DNA from: Moniliella sp. 'wahieum'
Lineage: Eukaryota
Reading direction: 5' to 3'
Length of the DNA stretch: 64,000 nt
NCBI GenBank assembly: GCA_003971905.1
Contig: RSEE01000027.1
Location: forward strand, 1-64,000
Shown: one piece after another, positions 53,654 to 64,000 of the stretch
How positions within the stretch are numbered: position 1 is the stretch's first letter
Layout of the letters: each line of letters begins with the position of its first letter
The notes under the pieces: model-generated
Told to the model about the DNA's origin: nothing
The model's input: the letters and a program-made list of their open reading frames with translations, nothing else
Database searches by the model: none
Made by a program: the position numbers and the translations under genes

Positions 53654-53744
53654 TGATGCATGATGCACAATATGATGTACACATGGTGTACACGAGGCAC
53701 ATCATGATCTGCATGATCCATGCGTGACGCGTGACGCGTGACGC
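53654..53744. repeat. Quasi-palindromic heptamer cluster (TGATGCATGATGC, (GTGACGC)3)
   Basis: Read directly from the sequence; upstream of the kinase gene. Confidence 0.8.
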
Positions 53745-55380
53745 TCATTTAAAAACATTGCAAATGCATTCCCTTCTTTTGGACGCCGGCCGCGCACTGC
53801 CGCTCATATATCCACGAGAGAACTATAAGGACACGACCTATGAATATGACCGTTTGCAGCCTCTTTTGTGCTGAGGAATACCCACAGCGCCTTTTCTCTT
53901 AACGCTGGCGCACAGCCGTCAGATATATATACCGGCACAAAGTGGTTGCAATGGAAAATGTGGCACACAATAACTGGTCTTTGAAATTTGACACTACAGA
54001 TGTGAGGAGAAGAGAGAGGAGTTTGACAGCTGAGAGGGGAAGAGCAGCTTTTCCTTGTTTTGTCGAGCTACGGCCCACATGCTGTGGAGCTTATTATGAC
54101 CAAAAGGTCCCTTAGCTAGAGTTCGACCAGTGGGAGCACTATCACGGCCCCATTAGAGATAAAAAAAACGTACCGCAGAAGAGAGGGTGGTTAAGACACA
54201 AGTCCTCTGATGTAAGCATTTGGTGGGCGAAGGAGACGGGAGAAATCAAATAGAATAAGCGAGCTGGAAAAGCAACAAGGGGAGGGCGCAAAGCCTGATG
54301 CGGGCGGAACGAATCAGTCCAAACGAGCAATGTCACATTCACAACAGATCATCGATCAACTGGGGAGAGGACGGGGAACCCTGCCCTCTCAGATCTCACA
54401 TCTTCGGCCCTTTTCGCCGGTCACCGCCACTAGAAGCTCGCTGGGTTTTGTCTCACTTCTGTATTTTCCTCGTCTCATATCCGGTGGTGACTGGTTTTTT
54501 ATGTCGCTTGTAGGTGTCGTTGGTTGGCTTAAACCACAGCCCCTACTATCACTGGGATTGAATTTGCCTTTTGAGGGGCCATGAGGCCCAGGACTCGTCT
54601 CAAGAGCAAGACACAGAAGAATGGGACCACAGCAGGGACGAGGTCACCAAATCGCGTGTACTCCAATAATAGTATTTACCTCGGCAATCTCTTCTCCTTT
54701 TTCATTGGATCGATTTTGAGATTGCTTTGTAGGGTTAATCGTGTTAAAAGGGACCTAAAGCCCGACCAGACGAGGGAACTATAAGGAGGAAATGAGGGAA
54801 CGGACAATACTTTGAGGAGTAAAGCCACACAAACTTAGCCGCTGACAAAGGACGCTGTGGGAATACTGAAGGAGTCTGGGGTCATAAGACGAAATGGCGA
54901 AGGAAGAGAGCCAAGAACGCGAGCGTCGGTCTCGTTTTTTGTTTTCCAAAACCTCCTGTCCAACCGTAAACTCCACGTGGGGGCAGCCGTATAACCCCAA
55001 TGGCACTATATAGGCCACTGTCAGGGAGCTTCAGCCGGGCGTTAAAGAGCGGATATATCCCAATGGAGTAGAAAGAATCTAGGATAGAAAGAAGGAAGGA
55101 GAGGAGAGGACAGCCGAGACTGAGGTGTTTTTGCTATATATATATGTAATACATCCATGTACGCCAAGCACAATTAAGAACCTGCAACATCAAAAGAGAG
55201 AGAATGGGAAGCTTCAATAGACTATACATACTATATATACCAACGGAATGTAGGCAAAAGGGGAATGAGAAATGGATAAGGCATTAAGAATATACTGAAG
55301 GGAAAGTAACACCAAGAGAAAATCAAGCAAAGAACGGTAACATGATGGCGATGGTAGGCCAACAGTAGATTGATACGAGA

Positions 55381-58300
55381 CTAACGGAGGCGGCGTCCTA
55401 GACCCCCCGAAACAGCACGCCATAAGGCGCGAGCGATCATGATACCCCAGCGGTCAAAGGTGCGAGGTAAAAAATCCACACGATAAAGAGCAGGGTTGTA
55501 GCAGAGGAAGAAGTTAAGGATCATCGCAGCCCAGTACGGGAGCCCTGCAGCCAGCATCTTCAACGTCGATGCTGCCCCCACAGTCCAAAAGAGGTACCAT
55601 GGAGAAGGTAGAGCGAAAAGGCATTCCGACCGAAGATGGACCATTCGGAGAGTGAAGAGAGTCCGGACAAAGTTGCTCAAGTCGCAAAGGAGGAAGAAAG
55701 AGAAGACCCAAATACAGTCTTGTATGGCGGGTAGGTAGTAAGCAATGGGGTCTGCGTCCACCTGTTGGGAGAGCCAGTCTGGAAGTTAGCCTTGATACCA
55801 AACTCACCCCGGGGTGCGTCAAAGGTTCCATTCTGGGTGAGCCACGTAATGACGGCACCGAGAGAAGAAGAGGACCCAGGCGAAGGGTTCTAAACTCATG
55901 GTGTACTTTCCCAGCACCTTGATTCCTTGCTGAGAGTTGGCGATAATTGAGACGGTTGTCCAGGTCGGCGATCATCAGTCCACCAATGAAGAAATAGTCG
56001 TACCGGTTAGACCACCATTCCAATGTAAAGCACGCCATGTAAAACCCATAACGCTTCCACGGATTCTTGATCTCCCTAGAGATGAGGGCACATAGATAGA
56101 CCGTCCAAGACGACTGAATAATGACGGGAACGGTCCAAAGAATGCCGGTAGCGTAGTGGCGCGTGAGGGCGTGATTGAGGGGGGTTGCATAAACCAAAGT
56201 GCGGGTAATCGTTGATGAATTCGCCAGCCGACCATAGTCTTGGAAGTACGACCAGATGCTGTACGTCCGCGAGGGAAGACGAGAGACCCAGTAAAAGGCA
56301 CCCTAAAATGAAAAGAGGATAGGTTAGGATCATAGCTGCAATGAGACCAATTCAGACCACGACATGAACGTACAGATTCGATCAGAAAATAGTTAATGAA
56401 CAAAGCGGCCGTGATGGTGGTACCCAGGCGAGGAACTCGAGTGAAGATCTGCTGTGCCAAATCTTGCAGATTTCCACGTACCAAGTACCTGTTGGCAATT
56501 ACGCGGGCAGCCAGGACAAAAAAGATACCGACATTGAGCCCACCATTACATATGATTGGACCCAAGATTCGGTAGATCCACTTGTCAAACCCATAATGCG
56601 AAGCCTCATTTTCAGTCGTGAAGGCGTATTCGTAAATGAGCATCCAGTGGTGCAGCGATACAAGCAAGCAAGCAAATCCACGAAGACCATCCAGATACTC
56701 GACTCGTGCCGCGCCTGAAGCTGTCGCCCGTCCCTCTCCCTTGTGAACAAACACCTTGTACTGATACGTTCCCAGAATGTTTCCGCAACTCCTTCTCCCT
56801 TTTCCGCCTTGTCAGCCTCGGCGGCATTGGCGGGCTTGGCCAGCTTTCCCTGCTCATCGCTCTGGCTGGTTGGGGCAGCCGGCTTCCACTCGGCGATCGG
56901 TGTCACCCAGTGTACAGGCGTCGCCGAACCATCTTCCAACAGGAGTTGCGGATGTGGGTGTAAGGTGACCATATCCGGCATCGCAGGTGGCGCTCCTAAC
57001 CCGTCCTCTCCAGATACAACCGATGGCTCGTAAACCGAGAAGCCGTGGTCGCCCGATGGAATCTGATCCAAACGTTGCTGCCGGAACGAATCGGTGGTAC
57101 CCATGGCACCCGAACTAACGGCAACTGGGGTAGAGAGCGACCCAAATTGGGTCATCGTCCCTGTAGGCGTACCACGTCCCGTCGGAGTGGAAATGCCACT
57201 GCGGATCCGTGCAGCGAGGTCGGCGGTGCTTCCAGAGGGGGACATAGCGCGGCTATGGGGAGTACCGGCATGTAGTGGACCGAAGGAAGGCGATATCCGG
57301 ACTTGAGACTTGAGGCAGGCTGACCTGGGAACTAGTTTCGGCCTGGTGCTGGTAAAATGGGTCTTCGATTATGCCCTCCTCTTTTTCGTCAATGTCGGAC
57401 GAGTCATCTTCAACGTCGTCAAAATGGTCCGCCAAGAGTTCGGGGTTGTCCCAAGTAGCCATTGCCTCGTCAAACACTTTTTGATCCGCCATTTCGGCCA
57501 GCTCCACATCGGTGTAGTCGCTATCGCGGAGACGTTTGGACGGAGTTGGGTGAGACACGTCCGAGGGAGTACCAGTCTGAGAAGCCTCTTCGGCCTTGAT
57601 CTTTGCCTGTTTGTCGTTGTAGTCGTCATAGAAAATGCGACGTTTGATACGGGCCGAAATCACACGGCGAATGTAGGCGTGAACGAATAGGACAGTAAAG
57701 ATACCGATTGAGATGGTAAAACCAATCCAAGCGTATGGACGAGGGTGGTAGTGTTTGTGGGGAAAGCCTGATTTTGGGTCATCACCATGTCCACCTCAGT
57801 GGAACCGCGGAGCGTCCAGTCCTCTGTTGAGCATACTTGGGCCCCTCCAGCGGCGGAGCATTGAGTCTCAAATTGGGAGGTGCGGATGCGAGCGACGAGT
57901 TGAAAAAGAGACGAGCGTATCGGATTTGTGCAAGAGGGGAGCTGTGCCTCGGTGGACCCCGAGAACCATGGGAGAACCGTTGGACCAGTGCTTGAAGCTA
58001 AACGGTGCCGGAAGAGCAGGGATCTGGGTCCCCTTTTTCTTGGTTTCAACCACCGACGTTAGACTTGCATTGCTTCCGTCGTTGCTCCAGCTCAGCACGT
58101 TCGGGAGCCAGTCCATTCGATATTCGTGCCAAACATTGTTTTCCATACCTGGGCTAATGTTCGATTGGTTGACAAACACAGGTTTGAGCGAGTTCGAGCT
58201 GGAAGAGCCCATGGCGACAACGGCATCCGTCGCATTGTCGTTACTGAAGAAGGATGTCTGAACAACAGACGACTCATTGTACGCGAGCTCAATGTCGAAT

Positions 58301-58779
58301 TCAGTGCCAGCATTGACATCGGCTGGAGGCAAAACCATAGTGCGGAATGAACCGTACAGAATGTCCCGGCGACGCGTCTGGAACTGGCTTCCATAAACAA
58401 CGCGGTTTTTGGTGTCAGCTGGGGCAACCATCATACCCATACTGTTGTTAGTGAGAAAGGTGTTGTTGTACGACACAGCGCTGCGCCAGGTGGCGGAGAA
58501 GTCGTCCTCCCATTCATTTGTGCGTTGACTGTTGATCCAAGCTTGCTGACCTGCGCCAGCATAACCTGCACTATCCCGCCCGAATCGGTCCGCAGACTTT
58601 TCCGGAACAAAGACGACTTGGTCCGCGGCACCAGTCTCATTAAAGTAGGTGATGACTGTATCGGTAAAGAGGGCAAGCGTGGAAGGGTCTTGGTAGCCGC
58701 AAGCGCACTGAGAGCGGACGCCAGACAAGGTGGTCATCGTGGCTCCGACCAACAGCAAAGCAGTGGTAACAGCCTTCAT
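55381..58779 (-). CDS. Membrane protein: signal peptide + GH16/ConA-like domain + TM helix + linker + acyltransferase-3 (OafA-like) domain
   Basis: MKAVTTALLLVGA signal; CACGY, RRDILYGSFR, WHEYRMDW, FKHWSNG (GH16-like); RVEYLDGLRGFACLLVSLHHW, IFFVL, RVPRL, GILWTVP (AT3); introns 56303-56373 and 55762-55807. Confidence 0.85.
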
Positions 58780-59046
58780 CTGGAAGACGGGGATGAGAAA
58801 ACAGATGAACGTCAGTACAGCACCTAAGAGGGCCCTTGGGGTTTGGGACGGTAGGGGTAGGAGCAGGCGACACACCTGTGGAGCGGCGATGAGATGTTGG
58901 GTCGGTTAAACGCTTGCCGAGTATATTAGAGCGCTAGGACAACCGGGAGGGTGCGGGGGATGATACAAAGATAGAAGGAAGAAGGAATGGAAAACAGGGG
59001 ATGGTGGAGTACGGCTGGTAGAACGAGGTGGAGAAATATGGTGTCG

Positions 59047-59093
59047 GAGGGGCGAGGGGGCGAGGGGCGAGGGGGCGAGGGGGCGAGGGCGAG
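59047..59093 (+). repeat. G-rich tandem repeat (GAGGGGC/GAGGGGGC) x6, G-quadruplex-capable
   Basis: Six G3-G5 runs separated by CGA. Confidence 0.8.
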
Positions 59094-59499
59094 CTGCTGG
59101 GTGGCGACTGGCGGGCGAATGCTGGGGTCTTTAAGCCGATGTATATGGAGGGCTGCTCGCGTATCAAAATTAGCGACGACGGGCACTGTGTGGGCCGGAA
59201 CGCTTTCCATCTGTGGGTGCAGCCGGTACGGACTGATAGCGTGCTTACAGATCTCAGGAGCGGCGGCATCTGTATGTATCGGCCTGTTGCCGTCGTATAC
59301 TAGTCAAATCGCAGACATTGCGACGAGCGAAGCCGTTCGCAGAGATCGAACGGGGAGAGCAGTGCCAATGCATGTCACCTGTATAATAGAAGCGTGAAGC
59401 CAAACCTCAGAGGACTACAAGTGTTACATGTCCGTAATTCACTGTCCTCAAGCCTGGAGCCTCAGAGGCCTCACACGCTCGCATGCCATATGCCACGGA

Positions 59500-61100
59500 C
59501 CTTCGGATCTCGGCCTCACTAACGTTTAATAACGTTTAACGTACTTCACTTGGTCTTAGGTCTGAGATCAGACTGATCTATCTCTAAGATCTAAGAGACC
59601 TTCAAGCTTCAAGCTTCGGGCCTCCGAGATAATCGATAAAACGTTAAATTGTAGACTTGGTCCTACGTACTATCGGCACTCACATGGTCTTTAATTGATT
59701 TAGAAGTGGCTTTTGTGGCGCAAGCATCATCGATAATGGATAATTGTCGATGATTTAATAATCGATCCAATAGATAATCCTCGGGACGCCTTTGCCAGTC
59801 ACATGGTCACATGGTCACGATGTCACGCAGTTACGCGTTACGCGTTACGAGAGTGTGAGAGCCTTGAAGCTTGACTCAGGACTCAGGCCTGAGGCCTGAG
59901 GGCCTGTCAATGTCAAGCTTGAAGCTGAAGCTTGATAGCTTGGATAGCCTGAGGCCGCCTGTGACTTCACGCGTGATGTGTGGCGCTTGGTGTTGTCCCC
60001 CGCCCTGGGGAAGAGCGAAAGATTGACGGAAAGGTGAAAGCGGGCAGCAGCAGGCGAGCAGCTTGAAGCGTGAACCGTGAACGCGTGAACTTGAAGACCG
60101 GAATAGAAGCGCATACTTGCCCGAGGAGGAAAGTACCAGTTTTGCCAAGTAGTTAACGTTTAATGTTTAACACGCTTAACACGCTTAACTAGATAAAACG
60201 TGACGCGTGGCGCGTGAGATCTGAGATCTGAGATGTGAGAGCGCCGCTGAAGCTGAAGACAGTCGTCGTAGGCATATTGGCTCACATGTGAGTTGTGAGT
60301 ACTGAGAGTCCGTTGTATAGAGCCCTCTTTGAGTGCTAGCCCCAGGTCTCGTCACGCGTCAGACTGAAGCTGTGAGCGCTCAGGGTTATTGACCACGCGC
60401 TCGGTGCTCCAGTATACCCCGCTGCCTCTCTTTCTCTTCCCTGATACACGTTAAAAGGAGACGTGGTTCCTCGCTGAGAAAGCCGAGGTGGATCTTGCAA
60501 AACAGCGAGGGGCTTACTCTGAAAGACTGTGACGCGTGTGAGACGCGTGACGAGAGGGTGGCCACTTGGTGGCCGGTGGCGGGCGAGAGGTTCAATAAGA
60601 TTGTGCACACTGAGCAGCGCTGTGAGGCCTGTGGGGCCGCTGACGCCACAGAGCGGGGGCTATCAGTCCATGTCAGCGCTCAGCGCCAGCCGGTGAACGC
60701 TGAACAGAACGTTGAACTTTGGGTGAAAGAACCACGTGCGAGCTACTTATGCGAGTGCGAGCAGCGAATGTCGAAGCCCGCGAGATGCGCGACGGACAAA
60801 TGTATATACCCCCCGACCACCTGACCATACGCTTTCGTAGTGTAACGAAAGTTGATATGCACGAGGACTATGCAAAGACGCCACACTCGGAACAACCCCC
60901 CAGTCTCGCATTGTGGCATTCAAATTGTTATTGTGGGGAGTCACACTATGCCAGAGCCACACTGGTCACTCACTGGCACTGCTTGAAGCCTGAAGCTCGA
61001 CGGAAGCTCTTGACATGTGTGTGATATCTCAGTATAGCTTAACTACTAGTGACTAGTGACTGCATTATAGTGACTAGTGACTAGTGACTGCTCTCACGCG
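59500..61100. repeat. Island dense in short palindromes and quasi-palindromic heptamer repeats
   Basis: (CAAGCTT)2 at about 59601, (GTTACGC)n 59830-59849, (AGGCCTG)2 59885-59900, (TGAGATC)n 60215-60234, CACATGTGA, TGAGTACTGA, TCAGCGCTCA, (ACTAGTG)n 61045-61091. Confidence 0.8.
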
Positions 61101-61797
61101 GTCAACGCGAGGGGCTGGGGCTATCAAACTGAGTCCTGATCGCACTGATCTCTTGGCAGCTTCGTATCCCGATCACATGTCCCTACCGCACATCAGCGCA
61201 TGTGTATAGACCCCAAGATATGATACGGCCGCGATTACCATCAATTATTTTAGTCCGTTTAGTACCGGCTGTGTACCAGAGTTTCCTTGCTTTACCACAC
61301 GTGATGAAAAAAGATATTGTACGGGTGCAAAGAGAGCAAAAGGTGAGGGATTCTTATCTCGACAACTCTCGGCCAGTTGGGCCGTTTAGAACATATGGAC
61401 GTCGGTCACAACATTATCCCCACCTTCCAGCCCTGCCGGTGTGTGTATGGGCAAAAACATTACACCGCTTTTACAGCCGGGCCCTTGATCAGTACCATAT
61501 TAATTGTCCACACACAGCAATCCAGAGGGTATAGCATCGCCCATTCCAGTCCAGTTCCACCGCGAGAGATCATTGCGACCCCCTCTCCCGCCATCATATA
61601 TCTTCCCTAGGATTTTCCCTTGCTGCGTGCAATCTAACTCTCATCCTGCTAAAATGTGGCACCACACTGGTGTGTGTGGTGGCCCCGGTAATAGCCCAAT
61701 AAGCCCGGAGCCTTCCGGTCCCTTCTTTCCGATATTCCTTTTTCCTGGAGGACAGGAATATGCTCTAGCCTCTCTCTGTAGCTCATTGCAATATGAA

Positions 61798-62355
61798 ATG
61801 CAATACACCATCAACCGTCTGATGCTCTCTGGTCTTCTACGGCTAAGCATCGCCTCTCCCGCCTCCTCTGCCCATGCATATCCTTTGCTTCCTCCGCGGT
61901 GGTGTGTGCACAAGCACTTGCTGTGCGTCCTCTCCGTGTTTCTCGTCATCGCGTCATTCAATCCACATCTTGTCGAGCAATTCCGTATGTCACCTTGTTG
62001 ACAACCCAGTCGATAGACCACAGGTTGACACGCTCACCTGGGTTCTGTCGGCTTCCCATGCGCTCCTATACATATAATGGTGGGCCATCGATGGTGCAAA
62101 CGGTCGTCCTACTCTTCTCCATATGTTTTTACTACATCCCTTCTCTTGGCATTCTATATAACCCTTTCTTTCATCAGGATCGTTCTCTTGGTTGCCAACT
62201 ATGAGATACTTAGTTGGATTCGCAAAAGAAGACTTACTGAAAAGATGGACAACATCAGCCCTGTCTATGACCCTATGATGTTCACCTCTCCTTACTTGCC
62301 ATGGAGTACCCTGGGCGAATGGGTTCAATGCGGTTCTAGCTGGCGCTCTATATAG
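61798..62355 (+). CDS. Possible small membrane protein
   Basis: Several hydrophobic ORF fragments (LLCVLSVFLVIASF; LLLAFYITLSFIRIVLLV). No homology recognised. Confidence 0.22.
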
Positions 62356-62732
62356 TTCTCAAAAGTTTGCTTATGCTGCTGGTGGCGTTTCCCCAAGTAC
62401 ATGTTCCCAAAGATAAGAGAGAAAGCTAGTGGGTTGATACATTATACGTTGACAGAAGATGACAAGAGTCGCGTCTAAATCCGCTGGGACATTGCGGGGC
62501 AATAATGGATCATTATTCGCAGACGTTAAAGGGAAAGAATTACACCTTCGTCCTACCTGTGGCGTATCCCACGACCATCAAGAATGAAAAGCGGGGAAGG
62601 GGGACGTGCTGAAATAAGAAGAGAGTACGGCAATTGATCAAGGAGTGTCGGAGCACGCCCCCGGACGAAAATACTGGCAATAGTAATGTATCTTGTGGGT
62701 GAACATAGTAAGGAAAATCGCCCCATTCGTTT

Positions 62733-63996
<1,264 letters not shown>

Positions 63997-64000
63997 TGGC

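Noticed and set aside
54730..54737. TAACCCTA on the - strand in an ORF-poor region as a telomerase RNA template
   Set aside because: Only 8 nt; no pseudoknot or CR4/5 recognisable; the same word also occurs in both RP promoters.

Overview
Eukaryotic nuclear DNA from a GC-rich, intron-poor basidiomycete fungus, most likely Ustilaginomycotina (the MAPK closely resembles my recollection of Ustilago Kpp2). Almost every gene, including essential ones, carries several 1-nt frameshifts. This points to an unpolished long-read assembly, so gene ends are approximate and the ORF track is fragmented. Recognisable genes: proteinase-B-like subtilase (partial), tRNA-Leu(CAA) with intron, HMG-CoA reductase, MET16, RPL4, mitochondrial bL31m, SEC72, LEO1, an Arp9-like actin-related protein, a YAT1-type carnitine acetyltransferase, an Ulp1-type SUMO protease, a CHID1-like GH18 protein, acyl-CoA thioesterase II, RPL3, a Cdc15/STE11-like kinase with a C1 domain, a GH16-like/acyltransferase-3 fusion and a Kpp2/Fus3-type MAPK. 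There are also several hypothetical proteins and a possible solo LTR. The most notable unexplained signals are: (1) an intergenic grammar of 7-bp repeats, each an A...T palindromic hexamer plus one hinge base, with many interchangeable cores; (2) a tRNA-Leu(CAA) lacking the long variable arm; (3) a hidden three-exon Cys-rich microprotein gene; (4) four 9-10-mers shared by the RPL3 and RPL4 promoters; (5) the GH16-acyltransferase fusion.
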